A DNA stretch of 64,000 nucleotides from an uncultured Verrucomicrobiae bacterium (lineage in GTDB: Bacteria > Verrucomicrobiota > Verrucomicrobiia > Chthoniobacterales > Chthoniobacteraceae), in assembly GCA_963769025.1 (NCBI GenBank), contig CAVYKI010000003.1, positions 1,024,001 to 1,088,000 of the forward strand. The letters are read 5' to 3'. Below, piece by piece: positions 19,390-28,409 of this stretch (position 1 is the first letter of the stretch; every line of letters starts with the position of its first letter). Made by a program: the position numbers and the translations under genes. The notes below the pieces were generated by a model, which did not search any database, was not told the origin of the DNA, and saw only the letters and a list, made by a program, of their open reading frames with translations.

Positions 19390-20304
19390 TCACGCGGCGC
19401 GCCATGCGAGTTCGGTGACCTTGCCGTGCCCGGCGTGCTGCGTGTCGTGGGCGTGGAGGCCGAGCGATGCACCATTTTCGCGGAGCTTCAGGTCCACCCA
19501 GCCGGTGGCCTCGGTGGTTGCGAACGGATACGCGACCGCCGGGAGATTCACGAGGTGGAGGCCGTCCTGCTCGGCGAAACGCCACGTGTGCGTGTGGCCG
19601 AAGAAGAGCGCCTTCACGTGGCGGCGCGGGAGAAGGACTGCGAGCAATTCCTCGGCGTCGATGAGGCCGGTCTTTTTATCCGGATTCGCGGAAATGGGGT
19701 TGTGGTGGACCATCACGAGAGCGGGTTTCGCACTATGCGCGTCGAGGGCCTTCGCGAGCCACGCGCGCTGCTCGTCGCCGAGCACGCCGGGCGTCTTGTT
19801 CACCACGTCGAGCGAATCGAGCAGGAACCAGTTTGCGCGCGCGCCCTCGACGACGGCGACGTGCCGGCTCGCGAGCGGCGGAGCGGCGGGGACCGCATCC
19901 TTGAGCGCGGTGCGGAAAATATCGCGGTCATCGTGGTTGCCGAGCGTGACGTGGATCGGCAGGCCGGCTTCGCGCAGCGGCGCGACGAGCGCGGAGAAAG
20001 TGGCGTAGTCCTCGGCGAGACCCGTGAGCACGGCGCAGTCGCCATTCACAAAGACACCCGCCGGCCGCGACGCGAGCGCGCGCACGCCTTTCACGGCGGC
20101 CTCGAGATGTTCGGTCATGTTCACATTGCGCAACACCGCGGCGCGGTCGCCGGCAATGTGCGTATCCGAAAGCAGCGCCCAGAGGTCGGGATCGGCGTTG
20201 CTTTCCGCCGCACGGAGGTCGGGAAAAGTCAGCAGCCCCGCGCCTGCGGCGATGGAACGGCGGAGAAATGCACGGCGGGAGATCGGGGGGAGATGCAGCG
20301 GCAT
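19390..20304 (-). CDS. Tat-exported metallophosphoesterase (Icc/CpdA-like)
   Basis: SRRAFLR Tat motif; SDTH, NGDC, LGNHD, VHHN, FGHTH. Confidence 0.9.
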   Translation of the reverse strand: MPLHLPPISRRAFLRRSIAAGAGLLTFPDLRAAESNADPDLWALLSDTHIAGDRAAVLRNVNMTEHLEAAVKGVRALASRPAGVFVNGDCAVLTGLAEDYATFSALVAPLREAGLPIHVTLGNHDDRDIFRTALKDAVPAAPPLASRHVAVVEGARANWFLLDSLDVVNKTPGVLGDEQRAWLAKALDAHSAKPALVMVHHNPISANPDKKTGLIDAEELLAVLLPRRHVKALFFGHTHTWRFAEQDGLHLVNLPAVAYPFATTEATGWVDLKLRENGASLGLHAHDTQHAGHGKVTELAWRAA

Positions 20305-20413
20305 GGAACGCCCATACCTGCCGGCGGGACTTCGTGCAATGGCGCGATGCGCGTGGGGAGCCGAAGGTCCGCGGCTGTCGTGGATCGAGCGACGCGCCCC
20401 GGAGCCGGCGCGC

Positions 20414-21880
20414 TTAACCCGGCTGCGAGGTGTAGCTGCCTTCCACCCGCTTCGCGACGTCGAGGTAGCCGTAATCCACCTCGTAGATTTGCTTCAGGCA
20501 ATCGATGTACTCGTCGCGCTTGCCCATTTTTTCCAGGACGATCGCGAGACGGTAGAGGACGTCCTTCTTGGTCGTATCCATCACCGTGGTCTCACCGGCG
20601 GCGTCCTTGAATTGCTTCACCGCGAGGTCGAGCATGCCTTTTTCGACGTAGCACTGGCCGAGCAGGTTCATGGCCTTCAGGCGCACGTTCGGATTTTGCT
20701 TGGAGCGCTGGAGCTCGGGGATGGCGTCGGTAAACTGTCCGGCCTTGATCAAGACCTCGCCGAGCTCGTAGCGGAGCATGAGATCCGTCGGGTTGTCACC
20801 GACGCGCTTCCTGGCGACTTCGAGCGCGGAGGATTCCCGCTGGCGGCGGAGGTCGCTGAGTTCATCCGCAAACGGGCGGGCGTCGGGATCGTTGGGATCC
20901 ACCTGCGCGAGCCAGTCCTCGAGCACCTTGATGCGGCGCGCGGTTTTCTTCGCCGCGAGGTCCGTGCACTTGCGTGCGATGTTCGGATCGCCACCGGCCA
21001 GAATCCCATTCGTGTGGGTGTAAAACCAGATCGCGTTGTCGAGGTATCCCTCGGTTTCGTCGTCGGGAGAGGAATTCGCCAGCGCGGCCTCGAACCACTG
21101 TTCGTAGAGCGACGCGATGCGCTTGGCGACGTCCACGTTGTTCTGGTTTTCCTCGAACTGCGGATAGAGCTCGGTGACCTGCTGCGAGATTTGGTCGGAC
21201 GTGCGGACAATGCGCGACTTGTTCTCGAGCGCAATGGCCTCCTCCTTCTTGTTGATCAGGTCGCGGAAATTCATCGAACCACTGCTCTCCGCCACTTCGG
21301 TCCAGCGCCCGGACTTCATCGTCGCGGAGGCCGAGGCGTCCTTCGCCTTCTTGTTCGCCTCCAAGTCGGAGGGGTTGATCTGCACGATGCGGTTATAGAC
21401 CGCGACGGCCTTGTCGTTTTCCCCCATCGAGATGTACTGGCTGCCGAGCTGGTGGAGCAGCTTCGTGTCCTTGGGATTCGCACCCACGAGGGTCTCCAGC
21501 GCAAACGCCGCTGTCTCCGGCAGGCCGGCCTTGTTGGCAGCCTCCCAGAGGAGCTGGTTGCCCTGGGCGCTCTTGGGATCCGTCGCAAGCGTCTTCTCCG
21601 CAAGTTCCATCGCGGCGAGCGGGTCTTTTTTCAGCGTGGAACCGGCGGTCATGCCGAGCGTGGTTCCTGCGAGGGAAAAGCCGGCTTTTTTTCCTTCCAC
21701 GCCCGCGAGTGCCGCGGCGCGGAGGAGTTTGCGCCCGTCGAGGAAGCCGGGGACCTGCTTCAGGACGGATTGCATGAGCTGGATGGCGTACCCGTGGTTG
21801 CGGATTTCGTTTGCGTGTCTTGCCTTCTGAAAAAGCGCGCGTTGCGCCTCAGTAAGTTCGTTCTCGTGGATCGTAGCCAT
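20414..21880 (-). CDS. Tetratricopeptide repeat protein
   Basis: Multiple TPR-like helices (LRYELGEVLIKAGQFTDAIPELQ, AMNLLGQCYVEKGMLDLAVKQF), ending YEVDYGYLDVAKRVE. Confidence 0.85.
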   Translation of the reverse strand: MATIHENELTEAQRALFQKARHANEIRNHGYAIQLMQSVLKQVPGFLDGRKLLRAAALAGVEGKKAGFSLAGTTLGMTAGSTLKKDPLAAMELAEKTLATDPKSAQGNQLLWEAANKAGLPETAAFALETLVGANPKDTKLLHQLGSQYISMGENDKAVAVYNRIVQINPSDLEANKKAKDASASATMKSGRWTEVAESSGSMNFRDLINKKEEAIALENKSRIVRTSDQISQQVTELYPQFEENQNNVDVAKRIASLYEQWFEAALANSSPDDETEGYLDNAIWFYTHTNGILAGGDPNIARKCTDLAAKKTARRIKVLEDWLAQVDPNDPDARPFADELSDLRRQRESSALEVARKRVGDNPTDLMLRYELGEVLIKAGQFTDAIPELQRSKQNPNVRLKAMNLLGQCYVEKGMLDLAVKQFKDAAGETTVMDTTKKDVLYRLAIVLEKMGKRDEYIDCLKQIYEVDYGYLDVAKRVEGSYTSQPG

Positions 21881-21979
21881 GGTCTGGGGCTGGAGAATCT
21901 AGCACCCAGGTCCGCAGATGCGCAAGAGTTCGCGCACAGCCATTTTTGAAAAATGAAGGCGCGTTTACCCGCGCCGAGG

Positions 21980-22156
21980 CTACTTCTCCGCGGGAGCCGA
22001 CTTTTTTGAAGCGAGGCCAAAGACCGTCTTCAGCGATTCCACTTCCTTCTGCGCGTTGCTTCCGAAATTTGAAAAGCCATGTTCAAACACGACGATGAAG
22101 CAAAACGTCGAAGCGACGAAAAGCGCGAACCAGAAGATGGAGCGTAAAAGGGCCAT
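21980..22156 (-). CDS. Small single-TM hypothetical protein
   Basis: MALLRSIFWFALFVASTFCFIVVFEHG followed by an amphipathic tail. Confidence 0.65.
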   Translation of the reverse strand: MALLRSIFWFALFVASTFCFIVVFEHGFSNFGSNAQKEVESLKTVFGLASKKSAPAEK

Positions 22157-22274
22157 GAAATTACGCAAACTTCTACCGCAGGTTGCGTGCTAGGACAATT
22201 GATTTTATTCTTATCACGCCAGCTCCTTCGCTCCGGAACCAACACCACATTTTCCTTGCGGGACCTCCGGTGGG

Positions 22275-22290
22275 TGGCATGGTTCGCGCA
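22275..22290 (+). promoter_or_regulatory. Candidate sigma54 (-24/-12) promoter
   Basis: TGGCATGGTTCGCGCA (GG-N10-GC) 39 bp before the ATG at 22329, with an AT-rich tract at about 22196-22215. Confidence 0.45.
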
Positions 22291-22328
22291 TACCAAAGCC
22301 CAACGGAACCCCAACCCAGCACCGGACC

Positions 22329-22814
22329 ATGAACCTGAACCGAACCCTCTCCCTCCTCGCAACGACGCTTTGCGCATTTGCCTTCCTTTTCACGACCGCC
22401 ACGGCGTCTGCCGCGCCGGCCAAACCCGCGGGCACCGTCAAGGCTGAGGGCAGTGTGACCGTGAAGATTAACGGCAAGACGGCGGGGAATGGTGCCGAAG
22501 TGAAGATTGGCGATTACCTCGAGACGGGGAGCGAGAGCGTGAATGTGCTGCTCGTTTCAGGTCAGGAATATGTCATCGACCCCGGATCGAAGGTGCGCTT
22601 CGTGAAATCCGCCAACGGCGCGGTGGCCATCCTGGTGCTCTACGGTGGGATTCATCTAGTGGGCTCTGAGTCAGAGTACGTGGATCCGCTTCCTTGGCTT
22701 GCTGCATTCGCGAACGGGAATTCCTCGTTCCCGAGCATCGGCGGAGTCGGCGGGAGGACGATCAGCACCGTTCTCCCGGGCGGTCAGGTGATCTACACCA
22801 CCGTTTCGAACTAA
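22329..22814 (+). CDS. Secreted beta-rich protein with FecR-like N-terminal segment
   Basis: Signal peptide ending ATASA; VKIGDYLETGSESVNVLLVSG..VIDPGSKV resembles the FecR-type beta pattern. Confidence 0.7.
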   Translation: MNLNRTLSLLATTLCAFAFLFTTATASAAPAKPAGTVKAEGSVTVKINGKTAGNGAEVKIGDYLETGSESVNVLLVSGQEYVIDPGSKVRFVKSANGAVAILVLYGGIHLVGSESEYVDPLPWLAAFANGNSSFPSIGGVGGRTISTVLPGGQVIYTTVSN

Positions 22815-22994
22815 CCTGACGGCAGCGCCGGACACCGGGTGGCAAGCGTGGGTGGAACGGTCGGCGGCTTCGCGCGGTCATGGAACCCAGAGGGTAGTCG
22901 GCGCTGACCGGGATCACGGGCGGCCCGCCTCGGTTCCGCATCCGGGTGCATTCCTGAAAATCGGAACGCGAACATCGCTCCACCAACTCCGACG

Positions 22995-24890
22995 ATGAAC
23001 GCGCTCCACGCCACCCTTATCCTCGCGGCCATCGCCGTGGTGCAACTGCTCTTCGGCGGCGGCGACGGTACGCGGCTCATCTACACGCTGCCGGGATATC
23101 TCCTGCTCGGGCTCTCGGGATTGCTCACCGTGTTTTCGTTTTGGAAAGCGCCGGCACGGATGAATCGCGCATGCCTTGCGACCTCCGTTCTTCTTGCCCT
23201 CTACCTGTTTGGGCGGATCGCGCTTTCCCCGTCGCCCTGGCTTGCGAATTTCGACCTGTTCGCTGCGATGGCGGCACTGCTCGTTTATTTTGTCACCGCG
23301 CTCTTCGTCGTTCGGAACGGAGCCCGTCGCGTAATCGTGTACGGGCTGCTGTTCCTGGCGCTCGCGCAGGTGGCCGTCGGGATTTTCCAGTTCGCCCGGG
23401 ACGCCGGTTTCAATCCCATGGTCAGCGATGGCCGTGCGGACGCTAGTTTCCGGGCATCGGGCTTCTTCATTTCGCCCAATCACCTCGCCGGCTTTCTGGA
23501 GGTCACATTCCTGCTCGCGACGAGCTTCTGCTTCTGGGGCGGATTCAGGGCGCGCGGCAAAATATTGACGGGATACCTCGCGCTCGTCTGCCTCGGCGGG
23601 CTCGTCCTCACAGGCAGCCGGGGCGGCTATCTGAGCGCAGCCGTGGGGTTCGTGGTATTTGCCGGCCTCAGCGTGTGGACGATTCGCGCGCGGCTTTCGC
23701 AGGGGCTTCTGCCACGCCTGATCGGAATCATCGCCGCGATCGTGCTGATCGGCGGCAGCCTCGCCTGGGTCGCGGAACGCAGTTTCGCCATCCGTGCGCG
23801 GGCAAACACCGTGTTTGTCTCGTCGGACATCCGGTTCCAGCTCTGGGAAGCCGCGTGGAAGCAGTTCCAACTCGCGCCTGTATTTGGAACCGGCAGCCGC
23901 ACGTACATCTACTACGGCCGCATGTTCCGCACGCCTCAGGTGCGGGACGATCCCGTGTTCGCCCACAGCGACTGGCTGCAGACGCTCGCGGAGTACGGCA
24001 TCGCAGGCATCCTCCTCGTCATCGGCTTCGCGGCGGCGCATCTGCGGCACGGGGCGCAGCGTTGGTTGAAAATGGCCGATCGCCTTTGTCCCGTCTCCAG
24101 CAGTCCCGCCGACCGGCACGCGCTGGCGCTGCAAATCGGAACCCTGAGCGCCATCGCCGCGTCCCTTGTCCACGCGTTCGTGGATTTCAATCTCCACATC
24201 CCCGCCAACATGCTCGTCACGGCGTTTCTCTTCGGCATCCTCGCCACGCGCCGGACGCCCACCGAAGAGCGGACCGGCTGGACGGCCCGCGCGATGCACG
24301 CGATCCCCGCGGGCCTCGGCCTATGGATGCTCATCGCAGGCGGCTCCCGGTTCCCGGCGGAGCTGTTCGTGGAAAATGCCCGTGGAAAATTCGCGACCGG
24401 GCAGGTCGGACCAGCCCTGAAGGATGCCGGCAAAGCCCTCCGCTGGGGTGCGCAAAATCCGGAGCTGTATTTTCAAATCGGCGAGGTGCAGCGCATTCTC
24501 AACCACACGCTTGCATCCCAGGAAATGAAGGAGGCCACATTGGAGGAAGCGCACGACGCCTACGCCAAGGCCCTCGCGATTTATCCGCAGGATGTGAAAC
24601 TCGTGCTGCGGAATGCGTGGGCGCTGGGCCGCATGGGGCGCTTCGAGGAAGCGGAGCCCCTGCTCGCCCGGGCGAAGGAACTGGACCCGAATTCACCGGT
24701 GGTCTGGACGTACTCCGCCCTCCACTGGAAATTCCGCAACAAGCCCGCAGAGGCGCTCGCGGATTACCGCAAGGCAGAGCGGCTGGACTGGAGCGTCATC
24801 GCCCCCATCGCGTCCGAGCTCCACGAAAAGATCGATCCGGCGGAGCTGGAAAAGCTCATCAAGAGCAGCCCGCCCGCCGAACCAAACTGA
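22995..24890 (+). CDS. O-antigen ligase / O-oligosaccharyltransferase family (Wzy_C) with C-terminal TPRs
   Basis: RASGFFISPNHLAGFL, LTGSRGG, R..LW..A....P.FGTG, AHSDWLQTLAEYG, VDFNLHIPAN; TPR-like tail. Confidence 0.9.
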   Translation: MNALHATLILAAIAVVQLLFGGGDGTRLIYTLPGYLLLGLSGLLTVFSFWKAPARMNRACLATSVLLALYLFGRIALSPSPWLANFDLFAAMAALLVYFVTALFVVRNGARRVIVYGLLFLALAQVAVGIFQFARDAGFNPMVSDGRADASFRASGFFISPNHLAGFLEVTFLLATSFCFWGGFRARGKILTGYLALVCLGGLVLTGSRGGYLSAAVGFVVFAGLSVWTIRARLSQGLLPRLIGIIAAIVLIGGSLAWVAERSFAIRARANTVFVSSDIRFQLWEAAWKQFQLAPVFGTGSRTYIYYGRMFRTPQVRDDPVFAHSDWLQTLAEYGIAGILLVIGFAAAHLRHGAQRWLKMADRLCPVSSSPADRHALALQIGTLSAIAASLVHAFVDFNLHIPANMLVTAFLFGILATRRTPTEERTGWTARAMHAIPAGLGLWMLIAGGSRFPAELFVENARGKFATGQVGPALKDAGKALRWGAQNPELYFQIGEVQRILNHTLASQEMKEATLEEAHDAYAKALAIYPQDVKLVLRNAWALGRMGRFEEAEPLLARAKELDPNSPVVWTYSALHWKFRNKPAEALADYRKAERLDWSVIAPIASELHEKIDPAELEKLIKSSPPAEPN

Positions 24891-24969
24891 CGCGCGGCCG
24901 GCGCCGCGTGTGAACATGGCTCGACGGCTCACGCGCGGCGCGCCATGAGTTCCCGCACCGCCCGTTTTC

Positions 24970-26817
24970 ATGGCCCGCAGCATCCTCGGAATCTCCGCCT
25001 ACTACCACGACAGCGCGGCTGCGCTCATCGTGGATGGCGAGGTCATCGCCGCAGCGCAGGAGGAGCGCTTCACGCGCATCAAGCACGACGCGGCGTTTCC
25101 TTCACGGGCCGTCGAATACTGCCTGCGCGAGGCCGGCATCGCGCCTGGGGCGGTGGACTACGTCGCATTTTACGAAAAGCCGCTGCTGAAATTCGACCGG
25201 CTGCTCGACACATTTGTCGCGCGCGCGCCCGCGGGGCTGCAATCGTTCATGATGGCGATGCCCGCGTGGCTGAAACAGAAGCTCCACCTTCCTCGCGAAA
25301 TCAAACGCTCGCTCCACGGCGCTTACCGGAAGCGCATCGTCTTCCCGTCCCACCACGAGAGCCACGCGGCGAGCGCGTTTTTTCCGTCGCCATTCGACGA
25401 GGCCGCGATCCTCACGCTCGACGGCGTCGGCGAATGGGACACGGCGACCATCGGCATCGGACGCGGCGGAAAAATCGAGATGCTGAAGGCGCTCCACTTT
25501 CCGCATTCGCTCGGCCTTCTCTATTCCGCGTTCACCTATTTCTGCGGGTTCCGCGTGAACTCCGGCGAGTACAAGCTCATGGGCCTCGCGCCATACGGGG
25601 AGCCGAAATACGCAGACCTCATCCGCACCGAGCTGCTCGATCTGAAGCCCGACGGATCGTTCCGGCTGAAGATGCGGCATTTCAATTTCGCAGGCGGGCT
25701 GACGATGACGGGCCGCTCGTTCGCCACGCTGTTCGGCGGTCCGCCCCGCGCATTCGAGAGCGCGATCACGCAGCGGGAAATGGACATCGCCGCGAGCATC
25801 CAGAGCGTCACAAACGACATCGTCCTGCGGATGGCGCGCTGCGCAAAGGCGCTGACCGGCGCGAGGAACCTCTGCCTCGCCGGGGGCGTGGCGCTCAACT
25901 GTGTCGCGAATGGCGAACTGCTGCGCGCCGGGATCTTCGGCGACATCTGGATCCCATCCGCCGCAGGCGACGCGGGCGGCGCGCTCGGTGCGGCGCTCTT
26001 CGTCTCGCATCAATTGCTCGGCACGCCGCGCACGACGACCCCCGGCGATTCGCTGAAAGGCGCGCTCCTCGGGCCGGCGTTCAGCGACGCGGAGGTGCGC
26101 GCTTTTCTCGATGCGAAGGGCGCGAGCTACCGCCACCTGCCGACCGAACCGGAACTGCTCACCTCAGTCGCGGCGGCGTTGGAGGAGGGAAAGGTCGTCG
26201 GCTGGTTTCACGGGCGGATGGAATTCGGCCCGCGCGCGCTCGGGGCGCGCAGCATCCTCGGCGACCCGCGGAACGCCGCGATGCAGACGCGGATGAACGT
26301 GAAGATCAAATTCCGCGAGAGCTTCCGCCCCTTTGCGCCGAGCTGCCTGGCCGAGGATGCCGCCGCGTGGTTCGACCTCGATCGCGAATCGCCGTACATG
26401 CTGCTCGTCGCGCCCGTGCGCGAGGAACACCGCCTGCCGCTGGACAACGCGCAGCGTGCCCTCATGCGCGACCCGGACCTCCGCAAGCGCGTGAATGTCC
26501 CGCGCAGCACGTTGCCGGCGATCACGCACGTGGACTGCTCGGCTCGCGTGCAGACGGTGAGCGAGGCCCGCAACGGCCGCTATTACCGGCTGATTCGCGA
26601 ATTCAAGCGGCGCACCGGCTGCGGTGTCCTCGTGAACACGAGCTTCAACGTCCGCGGCGAGCCGATCGTCTGCACGCCGGAGGACGCTTGGCGCTGTTTC
26701 ATGGCGTGCGACATGGACGTGCTCGTGCTGGAGAACTGCGTTCTGAAAAAGGAGGACCAGCCGCAGGCAGCCGCGGGCGAGCGGGAGCGGCACCTGAAGG
26801 AATTTGCACCCGACTGA
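24970..26817 (+). CDS. O-carbamoyltransferase (NodU/CmcH/SxtI family)
   Basis: ILGISAYYHDSAAAL, EERFTR.KHD, HHESHAASAFFPS, EYKLMGLAPYG, GRMEFGPRALG.RS, KFRESFRPFAP, NTSFNVRGEP. Confidence 0.96.
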   Translation: MARSILGISAYYHDSAAALIVDGEVIAAAQEERFTRIKHDAAFPSRAVEYCLREAGIAPGAVDYVAFYEKPLLKFDRLLDTFVARAPAGLQSFMMAMPAWLKQKLHLPREIKRSLHGAYRKRIVFPSHHESHAASAFFPSPFDEAAILTLDGVGEWDTATIGIGRGGKIEMLKALHFPHSLGLLYSAFTYFCGFRVNSGEYKLMGLAPYGEPKYADLIRTELLDLKPDGSFRLKMRHFNFAGGLTMTGRSFATLFGGPPRAFESAITQREMDIAASIQSVTNDIVLRMARCAKALTGARNLCLAGGVALNCVANGELLRAGIFGDIWIPSAAGDAGGALGAALFVSHQLLGTPRTTTPGDSLKGALLGPAFSDAEVRAFLDAKGASYRHLPTEPELLTSVAAALEEGKVVGWFHGRMEFGPRALGARSILGDPRNAAMQTRMNVKIKFRESFRPFAPSCLAEDAAAWFDLDRESPYMLLVAPVREEHRLPLDNAQRALMRDPDLRKRVNVPRSTLPAITHVDCSARVQTVSEARNGRYYRLIREFKRRTGCGVLVNTSFNVRGEPIVCTPEDAWRCFMACDMDVLVLENCVLKKEDQPQAAAGERERHLKEFAPD

Positions 26818-26844
26818 TTCCTGCGCGACCAGTAGGTCTTCCCA

Positions 26845-27282
26845 ATGCTCAACCCGTTCCATGAAGTCGACTGGAACCCTGGCACCGCCGGGAGGAGGGC
26901 ATTTGCAAAAAGCCTTGTCATCGGGCTCCCGCTGGTCGCGCTCGTGCTCGGCACGCTCGGCTGGTTCCGCGCACACTCGTGGCCGGTGTGGACGTGGTGG
27001 CTCGCGGGGATCGGCCTAGCGGTCGGGGCCGTGCTGTGGCTCTTGCCGCAAATCGCGCGGCCATTTTACGTCGTGTGGAACGGGCTCGGGTGCTCCATCG
27101 GCTTTGTCGTGAGCAATGCCGCGGTCACCGCAGTCTATCTCCTCGTCATCACACCGATCGGCCTCGTCCTGCGGCTTTGCGGCCGCGATCCGCTGCGGCG
27201 CCGATTTGAGCGGGAGCGCGCGAGCTATTGGGAGGATGCAAAAAAGCCTGGCGACTCCGGGCGCTATTTCCGCCAGCATTGA
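26845..27282 (+). CDS. SxtJ-like membrane protein
   Basis: Follows the carbamoyltransferase; RPFYVVW..LG..IG, YLLVITPIGL.LR..GRDPLRR...SYW...YFRQ. Confidence 0.8.
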   Translation: MLNPFHEVDWNPGTAGRRAFAKSLVIGLPLVALVLGTLGWFRAHSWPVWTWWLAGIGLAVGAVLWLLPQIARPFYVVWNGLGCSIGFVVSNAAVTAVYLLVITPIGLVLRLCGRDPLRRRFERERASYWEDAKKPGDSGRYFRQH

Positions 27283-27285
27283 TCC

Positions 27286-27486
27286 ATGAAGGACGATCCC
27301 GGCGATTTTGAAAAAGCTGCACACTCACGGCCGCCAGGGCTATGGCGCGAGCTGATCGATCTGCTGCGGGAGAACAAGAAGTGGTGGCTGGTGCCGATCC
27401 TCCTCGCGCTGGTGGTGCTCGGGGCGCTCATCGCGATCGCGGTGGTCTCGCCGGGAGCCGCGCCTTTCATCTACACCCTCTTTTAG
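27286..27486 (+). CDS. SxtK-like / DUF5989 small membrane protein
   Basis: ENKKWWLVPILL...AAPFIYTLF signature. Confidence 0.9.
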   Translation: MKDDPGDFEKAAHSRPPGLWRELIDLLRENKKWWLVPILLALVVLGALIAIAVVSPGAAPFIYTLF

Positions 27487-27615
27487 GCGGCAAAATCCCG
27501 GCGCTCCCGAGAAAGAAACTTTGACTAACCGGGGCGGACTTTCGTCAATGGCAGGGTTCACCGTCGGGATGCCCGCCGGGAAGATTCAACATAACAACCA
27601 AATCAGAAAACCCAG

Positions 27616-28035
27616 ATGAAACTCAAAAACCTGTTCACCCTGCTCGCCGCATGCGCCATCGCGTTTCCGGCATTCGCCGAGGAAGACACGCCGCTTACCA
27701 AGGAGATGGAGAAAATCAGCAAGGCGCTGAAGGCCATCAACCGCAACATCGCCGACGCCGGCCAGAAGGACGCGAACCTTGCGAAGCTCGCCGAGGCGAA
27801 GACCGCCTGCGCCGCATCGCTGAAACTCGAGCCTGCCAAGACCAAGGAAGTGCCGGCGGGCGAGAAGGAGAAATTCCTGAGCGGCTACAAGGCCGCGATG
27901 GAGGAAGTCGGCAAGAATCTCGACGCGCTGAAGGCCGCGATCGAAGGCGACAAGACCGAGGATGCGAAGGCGCTCATCGAAAAGCTCAACAACGACAAGA
28001 AGGAAGGCCACAAGAAGTACAAGTCCGAAGACTAG
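27616..28035 (+). CDS. Periplasmic cytochrome b562-like four-helix bundle
   Basis: Signal peptide; Met early in the mature chain (LTKEMEKI) and C-terminal KKEGHKKYK match the Met/His ligand positions of b562. Confidence 0.7.
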   Translation: MKLKNLFTLLAACAIAFPAFAEEDTPLTKEMEKISKALKAINRNIADAGQKDANLAKLAEAKTACAASLKLEPAKTKEVPAGEKEKFLSGYKAAMEEVGKNLDALKAAIEGDKTEDAKALIEKLNNDKKEGHKKYKSED

Positions 28036-28065
28036 GATCTTCCGAAGCAACCGGTTTGATTTTCG

Positions 28066-28098
28066 GGGGGCGGCGCGCTTGACCGTGCCGCCCCTCTT
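28066..28098 (+). terminator. Probable terminator hairpin
   Basis: GGGGCGGCGCG...CGTGCCGCCCC followed by TCTT. Confidence 0.5.
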
Positions 28099-28132
28099 GC
28101 TTGTACACCCAAATTGCCGCAGACTTTATGGC

Positions 28133-28402
28133 ATGACCCGCAACGAATTGCTGGACCTCTACTTCATGGACGCCAGGGCGAAGCTGATCGACATCGCCGC
28201 ATTCCTGGACCGCGTGGACCGCGGCGACGAGGATGCGGATTTCCGGCTGGCCGCGTTTCGCAAGGCGCTGGGTGAACTTGCCAACGACAAGCCGGAGCGG
28301 GCGCGTGGCGTCCTCGTTTCGCTGAGCGATCCGACGCAGGAGCCGATTGAAAAAGCGCCGGGCAAGGGCGCGGTCGGTGCGTGGGCGGGCAAATCGAACT
28401 GA
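28133..28402 (+). CDS. Small conserved-looking hypothetical protein
   Basis: MTRNELLDLYFMDARAKLIDIAAFLDRVDR; ends 7 bp before the TatD gene. Confidence 0.75.
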   Translation: MTRNELLDLYFMDARAKLIDIAAFLDRVDRGDEDADFRLAAFRKALGELANDKPERARGVLVSLSDPTQEPIEKAPGKGAVGAWAGKSN

Positions 28403-28409
28403 TAACGCC

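Noticed and set aside
24970..27486. Saxitoxin biosynthesis
   Set aside because: Only the widespread I/J/K-like module is present; no sxtA, sxtG or other core genes
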